Positions 17,839-26,843 of a stretch of 36,691 bases of DNA are shown piece by piece. The number at the start of each line of letters is the position of its first letter. The first letter of the stretch is position 1. Both the position numbers and the translations under genes were made by a program. Under the pieces are notes generated by a model that was not told the DNA's origin, did not search any database, and worked only from the letters and a program-made list of their open reading frames with translations. The DNA comes from Candidatus Coatesbacteria bacterium (GTDB taxonomy: Bacteria; JAFGND01): assembly GCA_016927185.1 (NCBI GenBank), contig JAFGND010000039.1, forward strand, positions 1 through 36,691, written 5' to 3'.

Positions 17839-19464
17839 CTATTCCGCCTGTAAATTTTTTCCTTTAAATTCTTCCATTACTTTTTTCAATACTTCTTCTT
17901 CTTTAAAAAGTTTTTCTTGATTTTCTTCATTCTGAAGAGCAATTTTTTTTGCAATGCCTTCTTCTGTCAATATAATTTTGTAATCTGTGTTCATAAAATT
18001 AGAGAATAATTGCTCTAGTTTTTGCTTTCCTGTTTCTAACAACCAGTTTTTATCATGAAATTCAATAATGTCAAGATGCAATTTCTTATTATTTATTGAT
18101 ACTAAATGCGTATGATCTAAAGAAACAGATAATCTTATATCTTTCTTTATTGTATTAAGAAATTCAAGCCATAATATCTTTTCTTCCCCTGGTTTTATTA
18201 TTCTCTCTGTCTTTGTATTAATCTTGGGTTTTGAGATTTTTGGAGAAACAGGAAGATCATCTTGGATTATATTCTTTATAGTAATTTCAGGATTCTCCTT
18301 TATGATTTTTTTTTCTTCTGCTGGTAATCTTGGTCCTTCTGGTCTGTAACCTTTGTGGAGATAATCAAGAATATCCTGCAAATCAATTCCATCATCGAAA
18401 TGAATTATCTGGGAAATAGTTGATTCTAAGATAAGTTGAGGTTGGGGAGAAATATTTATTGTTCCAAGGCAATTAGTGAGAATCTTGGCAGTTCTGAGCA
18501 AGCTTGTCAAAGAAACTTGATCAGCTATTTTTAAAAAATCGTTTGTAAGTTCATCTGATTTTATACCAATTTTTTGACCAATTATACTCTGAATTGTTTC
18601 CAGTATATTGAGGGTAATAATCTGAGGAGAAATCCCATTTTCAGCTAAGTTATCAAGTTCTTCCTTTGCTTTCAGTAAATTACGAGTGAATATTGAGTTA
18701 ATAAGATTAAAGATCTTTTCATTTTGTATTAGTCCTAAAACAGAAATTACTATTTCAGCCGTTATTTTCTCAGAAGTTGATGAAGCAACTTGATCCAGAA
18801 GACTCTCAGCATCCCTTAACCCACCTTCTGCTTTCCTAGAGATAAGTTTTATAGCTTCTTCATCTATTTGAATATTTTCATGAATGCAGATTTCATTCAG
18901 TTTATTTGCCATTTCTTTAATAGGGATTTTCTTGAAATAAAACCTCTGACATCTACTGACAATAGTAGGAATTACTTTCTGTGCTTCAGTTGTCGCGAAA
19001 ATGAAGTTGATGTATCTTGGAGGTTCTTCAAGGGTTTTTAAAAGAGCATTGAATGCTTCTTTAGTAAGCATATGGATCTCATCTATTATATAGATTTTTC
19101 TTCTTGAATTAGTTGGTGGATAATTTACTATTTCTTTCAATTTTCTAATGTCATCAATACCTCTATTGCTTGCTCCATCAATTTCTATTACATCAAGACT
19201 TCTTCCTTCAGTTATTTCTATGCAGTTTTGACAAATACCACATGGATCAGGAATAGGATGATCAGAGCTCAGACAATTGAGTGCTTTAGCAAGAATTCTA
19301 GCTGTAGAGGTTTTTCCTGTTCCCCTGGGGCCGCAGAAAAGATAGGCGCTGGCAATCCTGGATTGATGGATTGCATTTATTAGGGTATTGGAGATATGCT
19401 CTTGACCTACTAAATCTTTGAAAGTCTGAGGTCTCCATTTCCTTGATAGTATTAAATATGTCAT
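17839..19464 (-). CDS. dnaX: DNA polymerase III subunit gamma/tau
   Basis: SRKWRPQTF..LVGQ, Walker A GPRGTGKTS, Zn cysteines (C...PCGICQNC), EIDGASNRG, IIDEIHML, SRC motif, GGLRDAESLLDQ. Lies directly downstream of ffs. Confidence 0.98.
   Translation of the reverse strand: MTYLILSRKWRPQTFKDLVGQEHISNTLINAIHQSRIASAYLFCGPRGTGKTSTARILAKALNCLSSDHPIPDPCGICQNCIEITEGRSLDVIEIDGASNRGIDDIRKLKEIVNYPPTNSRRKIYIIDEIHMLTKEAFNALLKTLEEPPRYINFIFATTEAQKVIPTIVSRCQRFYFKKIPIKEMANKLNEICIHENIQIDEEAIKLISRKAEGGLRDAESLLDQVASSTSEKITAEIVISVLGLIQNEKIFNLINSIFTRNLLKAKEELDNLAENGISPQIITLNILETIQSIIGQKIGIKSDELTNDFLKIADQVSLTSLLRTAKILTNCLGTINISPQPQLILESTISQIIHFDDGIDLQDILDYLHKGYRPEGPRLPAEEKKIIKENPEITIKNIIQDDLPVSPKISKPKINTKTERIIKPGEEKILWLEFLNTIKKDIRLSVSLDHTHLVSINNKKLHLDIIEFHDKNWLLETGKQKLEQLFSNFMNTDYKIILTEEGIAKKIALQNEENQEKLFKEEEVLKKVMEEFKGKNLQAE
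18306..18314 (-). other. A9 homopolymer, candidate slippage/frameshift site in dnaX
   Basis: GAA AAA AAA ATC at codons 384-387. Stops follow in both shifted frames (TAA 18302-18300, TGA 18289-18287). Confidence 0.55.
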
Positions 19465-19478
19465 TTTTTCCTTTATTA

Positions 19479-19736
19479 ACCGTGCCCCCTGCTTCGATCT
19501 TTCCCTTGATCTAGTAAAGCTCCGTATGCGTTTCAGATTACCTGCGGCACATGTCGGTATCCACTTATCGCTGCTACCTTCCAGTCCTGACGAGGTTCGT
19601 AGCCCTTCATTGCGCAGGATCTTTCATACATACAGAGCCTTACTAGATCAAGGGAATTAAACCTCAACAGGGGATTTCAATCCCTTAAAGCGGATTTAGG
19701 GTTCAGGACACCGCTAACTTCCCATCTAGCACGGGC
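19479..19736 (-). ncRNA. ffs: Signal recognition particle RNA, large bacterial type with Alu domain
   Basis: 5' CCGTGCTAGATGGGAAGTTAGCGGTG...AATCCGCT (AGCGG/CCGCT loop-loop pairing). Domain IV GTCAGGACTGGAAGGTAGCAGC. Terminal CCGTGC/GCACGG pairing and a long helix 5. Typical tRNA-ffs-dnaX synteny. Confidence 0.95.
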
Positions 19737-19742
19737 TATTTT

Positions 19743-19815
19743 TGGAGATAAGCGGATTTGAACCGCTGACCTCTGCCTTGCGAAAGCAGCGCTCTACCAA
19801 CTGAGCTACATCCCC
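19743..19815 (-). tRNA. tRNA-Ala (anticodon CGC); CCA not encoded
   Basis: GGGGATGTAGCTCAGTTGGTAGAGCG CTGCT TTCGCAA GGCAG AGGTC AGCGGTTCAAATCCGCT TATCTCCA. G3:U70 Ala identity pair. Confidence 0.96.
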
Positions 19816-19825
19816 TATTTTTTTA

Positions 19826-19910
19826 CGGAGAGCCAGGGATTCGAACCCTGGGTAGGAAATCCTACACATGATTTCCAATCATGCCCCTTAGACCACTCGG
19901 GAAGCTCTCC
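19826..19910 (-). tRNA. tRNA-Ser (anticodon GGA); CCA not encoded
   Basis: GGAGAGC/GCTCTCC acceptor stem, G73, anticodon arm CATGA-TTGGAAA-TCATG, long variable arm GTAGG-ATTT-CCTAC, T-arm CAGGGTTCGAATCCCTG. Confidence 0.96.
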
Positions 19911-19944
19911 AATAAAACAATGGTAACCCAAAAAAACTATATCA

Positions 19945-19972
19945 AGCCTTAATAAATATGAATTTATGTCAA
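19945..19972 (-). promoter_or_regulatory. Putative promoter of the tRNA-Ser/tRNA-Ala/ffs/dnaX unit
   Basis: TTGACA (19972-19967) followed after 11 nt by TTATTAAGGCT, ending about 35 nt upstream of tRNA-Ser. Confidence 0.5.
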
Positions 19973-20240
19973 GTTTTTAGATTATCCTGAATAATATAGC
20001 CTCTATAAATGATAGAACAAATTGTGAGAGAGTGAAATCTAATTGTTATTCTGAAAAAACTCTGCAATCCTGCTGTTTGATTAAGCCTTTATTATGGAGC
20101 ACTAATTGTGTTTAGTATCCTTTTTGCTATCTTCTCTGAAGTTACGAAATAAATTAACTATGGGGCTTCAGAATATCTTGATATTGACATTATTTGTTTT
20201 AATAGAGGAATTGTCCCTATATGAATTCATGGAGGTTTGC

Positions 20241-22073
20241 ATGAAATATTGTTTATTGGTATTTCTACTATTTTCATTAAACCATCTTTCTTCAACGAGT
20301 GTAGATGAGATATTGAAAAACCACGAAGCATTTCTTGGGGGTAAATCAAAAATAGAAACTATAAGGACTATGGTAATAAAAGGTCGCATCAAACAAGGAG
20401 ATGCAGAGGGTAAGTTCACTACCTGGTATGTTGCTCCTGATAAATTACGTTCTGAGATTAATATAATGGGGTTGAATTTGGGAAGTCTTTATATTGGCAA
20501 AAACTATTACAAAATAGAAAAATCAGTTCTAACAAAACTCCAGGGTTCAGATCTTGCTAAAGCTATCACTGAGATGACTTTGACTAATTATTCCTATTTA
20601 AGACCCAATGAAAATGGAATAAAGACAGAATTAGGAAAATCAGAGAAAATTGATAATAAGGATGCTTTTCCTATAAAAATGATTATAAAAGACGGGAAGG
20701 AAATTGTCTTATATTTTACTGAAGAAGGTGAACTGGTAAGATCATTCATGCCAAAAGCGGAGATGGGTTATGATGTCATTAATGATTTTACGGATTACAG
20801 GGAAGTAAATGGTCTAAAAGTCTCTTACAAGAGTGAAACAACTGTTTTACCAATGGGGATGAAGATTTCCACTGTTATTGATACAGTTGAAGTGAATACA
20901 GAAGTTAATGTTAATCTCTTTTCTGAGAACATCGAAAAAACAGAAATACCATTCCCTGAGAATAAGACAGAAATAGAAATTCCATTTAGAATGATTATTG
21001 GAGGGATTTATATAGAAGTAGTCATAAGTAATTCTGAGAAGGTATTTTTCTTGCTTGATAGCGGGGCAGCAAGTACAGTTATTGATCTTTCTTTAGCTGA
21101 AAAATTGAAACTGAAAAAACTAGGTGAAATTCCTATTGGGGGAGGAGGAGGTCACAAGAAAGGATATAGAGTTGATGTACCATCCATAAAATTGCAGGAT
21201 TTAGATCTTGGAGAACAAAAGATAGTCGCAATGGATCTAGATGAACTGAGGAGGATTACAGGATCACCAATTATGGGAGTCATAGGTTATGATTTTTTAA
21301 AGGATTATCCCATAGAGATTAAATATTCTGAAAATAAAGTAGTAGTATTTAACCCCATGAATTTTAAATATAAAGGTAAAGGTATTTCATTACCAATAAT
21401 CCAATCCAACAATCTTATTTTTATAGAAGCATCCCTTGATGACATTAATGGAAAATTTCTTATAGATACAGGCAATAACAGTAGTCTTCTTATGAATCAG
21501 AATTTTCATAAAAATTACATAGAGAAATATAAGAAGCTACCAGTCAATTATCCAACAGGTATAATAGGGATAGGAGGACAGGAGGGTTCTCTTGTTTTAA
21601 CAAGGTTCAAGTATTTAAAAATTGGAAAATATTCTATAGATAAACCGCTAGGATTAATCTCAAAGCAAGGTTCAGAAAGTATTATTACAGCATCATCAGA
21701 TTTTGTAGGTAATATTGGTTATGGAATTTTATCAAGATTTGACATCCTTTTCGATTACAAGTATAATCTCATTTATCTTGAACCAAATTCATCTTTTTCC
21801 AGGCCATTCATTGCTAGTCTTACAGGAATAATGCTTGATTTCACTAAAGGATCTGATTTGAAAATAAAGACCATTGTAAAATTGTCCTCTGCAGAGAAAG
21901 CAGGATTAAAAGAAGGGGATATAATAATCTCCATAAATGACCAGCTTATAAATAGCAGAAATGAGTTTCAACAGGAATTAGAAAAATATAAGTCAGGTGA
22001 TGAAATTACGATAACTGTGAAAAGGGAAGGCAAGGAAGAAAAAATAAAGATTAAACTAAAAGATATACTTTAG
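20241..22073 (+). CDS. Exported protein: beta-rich N-terminal domain, two retropepsin-like aspartyl protease domains and a PDZ domain
   Basis: GGAGG RBS at 20231-20235 supports ATG 20241 and a signal peptide (MKYCLLVFLLFSL). FLLDSGA...GVIGYDFL and FLIDTGN...GNIGYGIL. PDZ motif SSAEKAGLKEGDIIISIND. Confidence 0.9.
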   Translation: MKYCLLVFLLFSLNHLSSTSVDEILKNHEAFLGGKSKIETIRTMVIKGRIKQGDAEGKFTTWYVAPDKLRSEINIMGLNLGSLYIGKNYYKIEKSVLTKLQGSDLAKAITEMTLTNYSYLRPNENGIKTELGKSEKIDNKDAFPIKMIIKDGKEIVLYFTEEGELVRSFMPKAEMGYDVINDFTDYREVNGLKVSYKSETTVLPMGMKISTVIDTVEVNTEVNVNLFSENIEKTEIPFPENKTEIEIPFRMIIGGIYIEVVISNSEKVFFLLDSGAASTVIDLSLAEKLKLKKLGEIPIGGGGGHKKGYRVDVPSIKLQDLDLGEQKIVAMDLDELRRITGSPIMGVIGYDFLKDYPIEIKYSENKVVVFNPMNFKYKGKGISLPIIQSNNLIFIEASLDDINGKFLIDTGNNSSLLMNQNFHKNYIEKYKKLPVNYPTGIIGIGGQEGSLVLTRFKYLKIGKYSIDKPLGLISKQGSESIITASSDFVGNIGYGILSRFDILFDYKYNLIYLEPNSSFSRPFIASLTGIMLDFTKGSDLKIKTIVKLSSAEKAGLKEGDIIISINDQLINSRNEFQQELEKYKSGDEITITVKREGKEEKIKIKLKDIL

Positions 22074-22140
22074 TATGTCATTTCTTGACTATTTTTATTT
22101 CTAATTTGGATTTGGTTTTGATTTCATAATGGAGGTTTAG

Positions 22141-23202
22141 ATGGTAAACAATGAATTGAATAATGAAGATAATGATATAGAAGAAGTACTTGAAGATAAT
22201 AATGAAAATAAGGAAGAGGATGAAAATATTGAAGAAGAAGATCAAGAATCTTTAGAATCTCAATTCATTGATACGCTTAACAATGAAGAATTCAATGATA
22301 TAAGAACAGATTTCCTTGAAGAACTAACCAAGACTACGAACTCCACTGAGATTGACAAGCAGCTTAATGAAAAGATAGGAAAAATGAGATTAAAAGAGGG
22401 TATAGACAGTAAAATGCTAGCTTTTAACTCAAGAATATCTCTTCAACAATCACTTCAACAGCAATTTAATGGTAATAATATTGCAAGATACTTATTCACG
22501 CTTGCAAGGATGCAGGGAAAGAACCTCGCTGATTTGTCCATAGAAGATATAGAAGAAATATTCAGAACAGCAAAAGAGGAAATTCCAAAAAATATCGCAA
22601 GAACAACTGATAGAATAATTGATACTGTATTGAAGCAGATGGAACAGGAATTAGAAAGAAAGAAGGAAATAGAGAGTTTAAGATCTGAAAATAAACGACT
22701 GCATGAAATACTGAAGAAATATGCAAACAGGATAAGACAATTGGAGAAGGATTTTCAGAATACAAAAACAAGGCACAAGAAATTAGAAGAAGACTATAGA
22801 AAAAATCAGATAGTCAAGGTATTTGAAGAGCTTATTCCTGTTTATGATCATTTCAAGTGTGCCTTAAATGAAATTAAAACAATTGAAGAAGATAGTGTAA
22901 TAAAAGGATTTAAACTGATAGCTCAAGAATTCATGCAGGGTTTGAATAAGTTAGGGCTTGAGAAGATCGAAACAGTTGGCTCAATATGTGATTATAATAA
23001 GCATGAAATAATGATGGCAGTAGAAGACAATGAACACCTTGATAATGAGATTCTTGAAGAATTCAAACCAGGATATATTTTTGAAGGGAAAGTAATCAGA
23101 CCAGCAGGAGTTAAAGTTGCTATTAGTAAATCAAGAAAGGAAAACAGTCCGGAAATAATCAATTCTGAAGACGATGAAGAAATTCAGATAATAGAGGAAT
23201 AA
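22141..23202 (+). CDS. grpE: Nucleotide exchange factor GrpE with a long N-terminal extension
   Basis: DFQNTKTR, ELIPVYDHF..AL, GF.LI, GLEKIE.VG...D...HE.MM, I.EEFKPGY...GKVIRPAGVKVA. GGAGG RBS. Confidence 0.9.
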   Translation: MVNNELNNEDNDIEEVLEDNNENKEEDENIEEEDQESLESQFIDTLNNEEFNDIRTDFLEELTKTTNSTEIDKQLNEKIGKMRLKEGIDSKMLAFNSRISLQQSLQQQFNGNNIARYLFTLARMQGKNLADLSIEDIEEIFRTAKEEIPKNIARTTDRIIDTVLKQMEQELERKKEIESLRSENKRLHEILKKYANRIRQLEKDFQNTKTRHKKLEEDYRKNQIVKVFEELIPVYDHFKCALNEIKTIEEDSVIKGFKLIAQEFMQGLNKLGLEKIETVGSICDYNKHEIMMAVEDNEHLDNEILEEFKPGYIFEGKVIRPAGVKVAISKSRKENSPEIINSEDDEEIQIIEE

Positions 23203-23223
23203 GTAAATTCAGGAAGGAATATT

Positions 23224-23433
23224 ATGAGCAATGAAATAATTCATAATTATGACAGGAATACAAAGAAAGCAGACGCTCTATTTTGTCCCTTAATTAAAGA
23301 AAAATGCTTGCAGGAAGATTGTATGTGGTGGGTAACTGATTGGATGGAGAATAAATCTGCATATCAGCACCATTGTGCTATTCCATTGATAGCAGAGGGA
23401 TTGAATAATGAAGATTTATTGAAAAGTAAGTAG
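23224..23433 (+). CDS. Small Cys-rich protein (C-x6-C-x4-C-x17-C), probably metal-binding
   Basis: 69 aa, AGGAAGGA RBS, packed between grpE and leu[17 protein letters not shown]...HHCAI. Confidence 0.7.
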   Translation: MSNEIIHNYDRNTKKADALFCPLIKEKCLQEDCMWWVTDWMENKSAYQHHCAIPLIAEGLNNEDLLKSK

Positions 23434-23440
23434 GTTTTTT

Positions 23441-25867
23441 GTGGAGAATTATGATTTTAAGAATATAGAAAAAAAGTGGCAGAAATACTGGAATGATAAT
23501 AAGATCAATAAGACTTATGAAGATAAATCTTATCCCGAAAAAAAGAAACATTATATTTTGGATATGTTTCCTTATCCATCTGGTGATGGTTTACATGTAG
23601 GACATCCCAAAGGTTATGTAGCATCTGATATTATAACAAGACGGATGAGAATGATGGGTTATAATGTACTTCATCCCATGGGCTTTGATTCCTTTGGTCT
23701 TCCTGCAGAAAACCATGCTTTAAAAACTGGCATTCATCCAAGGATTATTACTGAAAAAAATATAGAGAGATTTAAGAGTCAAATTCAATCTATTGGATTG
23801 TCGTATGATTGGGATAGACTAGTGATAACATGTATTCCTGAATATTACAAGTGGACACAATGGATTTTTATCCAGATGTTTAAAGATGGACTTGCATATG
23901 AAGACGATGTTCCTATAAATTGGTGTCCTTCATGTAAAACAGGACTTTCAAATGAGGAGGTTAAGGAAGGCACATGTGATAGATGTTCTTATCCAGTCAT
24001 TAAGCGCAAGATGAGACAATGGATGCTAAGGATAACCCAATATGCAGATAGATTATTGAATGGACTTGATAATCTGGATTGGCCTGAAGCAATTAAAATA
24101 ATGCAGAGAAACTGGATAGGAAAAAGTGAAGGTGCAGAAATAGAGTTTTCCATGGTTGGACATACTGAAAAAATAAAAGTTTATACAACAAGACCAGATA
24201 CTTTGTTTGGAGCAACTTACATAGTCCTTGCTCCAGAGCATCCATATATTGAAAAGATTACAGGTCCATCTCAATCAGTTGCTGTACAGGCTTATGTGTC
24301 AAATTCGATCAACAAAAATGAATTAGAAAGAACTGCACTAGCTAAAGAGAAAACTGGTGTTTTCACCGGAGCTTATGCAATAAATCCGGTTAATCAAGAG
24401 AAAATTCCAGTATGGATAGCTGACTATATAATGCTAAGTTATGGTACAGGAGCAATAATGGCTGTTCCCGCTCATGACGAAAGAGACTTCGAATTTGCCA
24501 AAAAATATGCTTTGCCTATAAGAGAAGTAGTAAGTCTAAATGGCATCCCATCTAGAAAAGCATTGAAATCAGCTTTTGTTGATAATGGAATTGCGGTGAA
24601 TTCAGGTGATTATGACGGGCAGAAAACAGAGGAATTCAAGCATAATATAATAGCATGGCTTGAGGAAAATAATGTTGGTAAATCTGTTACCCATTGCAAA
24701 TTAAGGGATTGGGTATTTTCCAGACAAAGATATTGGGGAGAACCAATCCCCCTTATACACTGTGAGAAATGCGGAGTTGTTGCAATTCCAGAAGAGGAAC
24801 TTCCTCTCAAATTGCCTGATATTGATGTTTATCAACCTGCAGATACAGGAGAATCTCCTTTATCTTTGATTACCGACTGGGTAAAAACAAAATGTCCTGT
24901 ATGCAAATCCGATGCAATAAGAGAGACAAACACTATGCCCCAATGGGCAGGTTCATGCTGGTATCATCTGCGTTATATTGATCCAAAGAATGAAAAAGCA
25001 TTTGCTGATTATGAAAAGCTAAAATATTGGGGTTCAGTAGATTATTATATTGGAGGTGCAGAACATGCAGTATTGCATTTATTGTACGCAAGATTCTGGC
25101 ATATGTTTCTATATGATAAGGGATTAGTACCTACAGAGGAACCTTACTTGAAACTGAGAAATCAGGGAATGGTTTTAGCTGAAGATGGAAGAAAGATGTC
25201 AAAATCATTCGGTAATGTTATTAATCCAGATGATGTAATTTCGGAGTATGGAGCAGATACATTAAGGCTATTCGAAATGTTTATGGGACCTCTTGATTCT
25301 ACAATGCCATGGTCTACAAAGGGCATTGTTGGATTGTATAGATTTATAGAAAGAGTATGGAGATTGCTTTTCAAGGAAATCACTGATGAAGAAATCCCTG
25401 ATGATTTAGAGAGGTTATTGCATAAAACTATAAAGGCTGTGGATAAGGGAATAGAAAGTCTTTCCTTCAATACTGCAATAAGTCAGATGATGGTATTTGT
25501 TAATGAAATTACAAACAGGGAAAGCATTCCAAAGAAATTAATGGAGGAGTTCATTCGTCTTCTTTCTCCTTTTGCACCTCATTTCTGTGAAGAAGCATGG
25601 GAGAAACTGGGAAACAAACCAAGTGTGTTGAGAGAGAAATGGCCTGAATATGATGAGTCTTTATGCAAGGATGAAGAATTGCTTATTGTTATTCAGATTA
25701 ATAATAAAATAAGAGCTAAAATAATGATACCAGCCGATTCATCAGAAGAGGAAATAAAGAAATCTGCTCTTAGTAATTTAACTATACAAAACTGGATAAA
25801 GAACAGGAAGATTGAAAAAGTAGTAATTGTGCAAGGAAAACTTGTGAATATTGTTCTTTCAAGATAA
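23441..25867 (+). CDS. leuS: Leucine--tRNA ligase
   Basis: [14 protein letters not shown] (HIGH motif), YTTRPDT and [15 protein letters not shown] editing motifs, [25 protein letters not shown] start. Confidence 0.98.
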   Translation: MENYDFKNIEKKWQKYWNDNKINKTYEDKSYPEKKKHYILDMFPYPSGDGLHVGHPKGYVASDIITRRMRMMGYNVLHPMGFDSFGLPAENHALKTGIHPRIITEKNIERFKSQIQSIGLSYDWDRLVITCIPEYYKWTQWIFIQMFKDGLAYEDDVPINWCPSCKTGLSNEEVKEGTCDRCSYPVIKRKMRQWMLRITQYADRLLNGLDNLDWPEAIKIMQRNWIGKSEGAEIEFSMVGHTEKIKVYTTRPDTLFGATYIVLAPEHPYIEKITGPSQSVAVQAYVSNSINKNELERTALAKEKTGVFTGAYAINPVNQEKIPVWIADYIMLSYGTGAIMAVPAHDERDFEFAKKYALPIREVVSLNGIPSRKALKSAFVDNGIAVNSGDYDGQKTEEFKHNIIAWLEENNVGKSVTHCKLRDWVFSRQRYWGEPIPLIHCEKCGVVAIPEEELPLKLPDIDVYQPADTGESPLSLITDWVKTKCPVCKSDAIRETNTMPQWAGSCWYHLRYIDPKNEKAFADYEKLKYWGSVDYYIGGAEHAVLHLLYARFWHMFLYDKGLVPTEEPYLKLRNQGMVLAEDGRKMSKSFGNVINPDDVISEYGADTLRLFEMFMGPLDSTMPWSTKGIVGLYRFIERVWRLLFKEITDEEIPDDLERLLHKTIKAVDKGIESLSFNTAISQMMVFVNEITNRESIPKKLMEEFIRLLSPFAPHFCEEAWEKLGNKPSVLREKWPEYDESLCKDEELLIVIQINNKIRAKIMIPADSSEEEIKKSALSNLTIQNWIKNRKIEKVVIVQGKLVNIVLSR

Positions 25868-25911
25868 TTGAGGAGTGTTATTAGAAGACTTGTAAGTTGA
25901 ATTGAAAATTC

Positions 25912-25939
25912 TTGACAAAAAAGGTTTATTAATAAAGCA
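25912..25939 (+). promoter_or_regulatory. Putative promoter for the 25974-29445 operon
   Basis: TTGACA (25912-25917) followed after 11 nt by TTAATAAAGCA. GAGGT RBS downstream. Confidence 0.45.
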
Positions 25940-25973
25940 GGAACGTAAATTTTAAGAAAAGAGGTATTTGTTT

Positions 25974-26843
25974 ATGCGGAAGACATTGACTAAATTGATA
26001 GCAGTTCTGATTATTCTGATAATAATAGTTCTCTATTTGCCTTTCAGTATTCATTCCAAAATTCCATCATTTACATTGATTTTCTTTGGTTTATCAAAAG
26101 ATATAGCAGGTATTCTGGATCCAGCTTATACAAAAGAAGTGAAAACATATGCAATTGATCAGGAAAGAGCTGGTTATCAGGAAAAACTTGATGATGTAAG
26201 CATGCAAATGACTAAAGCAAAAGAAAATCTCAAGAAATCTGAAGATGAACTATCGAAAACCAAAGGACTTCTTGCAGAAGAGAATAATGCCAAGGAAGAT
26301 CCAAAGATAAAGAACTGGAAGAAGATTCATGAACAGAAGATCCAGAATTTGACAACTGATATAAAGAAAGCTGAAGTCAGAATAGAACAGAATAAGAAAT
26401 CAATAGCAAGTCTCCAACCTGACGTAGATAAATACCAGAATTTTGTTAATGAAGCTAAGCAGAGATTTGATGAATTAAATAAAGTTACATTTGGAGATTC
26501 TATAGTTAACTGGATAGTTTTTATAGGAGTAGAACTTTGTGTTATCGGTTTTACGTTTATTCCTGGCTTCCTGCTATTTGCTATTGTTCATGCCCTGTTT
26601 AAAGATAATTTCTGGGGAGTACAATTTATTAAGTTCACAGTTGGGATTCCATTGATTGGATGGATAATGATGGACAGGATTAATAATGGGTTTTCAAATA
26701 TAGGAAATTTTCTCATCGTTTGTTTGATAAGTGCTGTAGTTTTTGCTCCATTCTGGTACCTTGATAAATTGACAAAAGAATATGTCAATAATACCAAGAA
26801 TGAGATAAAAAGAGATATCGATAAAGCTCTTGAAGCATTATAG
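25974..26843 (+). CDS. Inner-membrane protein with a long coiled coil between an N-terminal TM and about three C-terminal TMs; function unknown
   Basis: LIAVLIILIIIVLYL TM, about 110 aa of K/E/Q-rich heptads, then hydrophobic helices. GAGGT RBS before ATG 25974. Confidence 0.75.
   Translation: MRKTLTKLIAVLIILIIIVLYLPFSIHSKIPSFTLIFFGLSKDIAGILDPAYTKEVKTYAIDQERAGYQEKLDDVSMQMTKAKENLKKSEDELSKTKGLLAEENNAKEDPKIKNWKKIHEQKIQNLTTDIKKAEVRIEQNKKSIASLQPDVDKYQNFVNEAKQRFDELNKVTFGDSIVNWIVFIGVELCVIGFTFIPGFLLFAIVHALFKDNFWGVQFIKFTVGIPLIGWIMMDRINNGFSNIGNFLIVCLISAVVFAPFWYLDKLTKEYVNNTKNEIKRDIDKALEAL

Noticed and set aside
17943..17950. Second A-run (A8) near the dnaX 3' end, and other 8-nt runs at about 6743, 14573 and 30944
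   Set aside because: They are shorter than the A9 run, not at a meaningful domain boundary, and expected at this AT content.
19501..19656. Perfect 17-bp inverted repeat suggesting a MITE or terminator
   Set aside because: It is helix 5 of the SRP RNA and encloses the domain IV motif.
20106..20240. 45-codon N-terminal extension of the aspartyl protease ORF
   Set aside because: The GGAGG RBS and signal peptide point to ATG 20241, and the extension contains a promoter-like TTGACA at 20184.
19911..20240. Longest intergenic region, examined as a possible riboswitch, sRNA or tRNA-linked integration site
   Set aside because: No recognisable aptamer, only a weak 7-bp stem (TCTGAAG/CTTCAGA), no duplicated tRNA 3' end and no integrase. 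Divergent promoters explain it.
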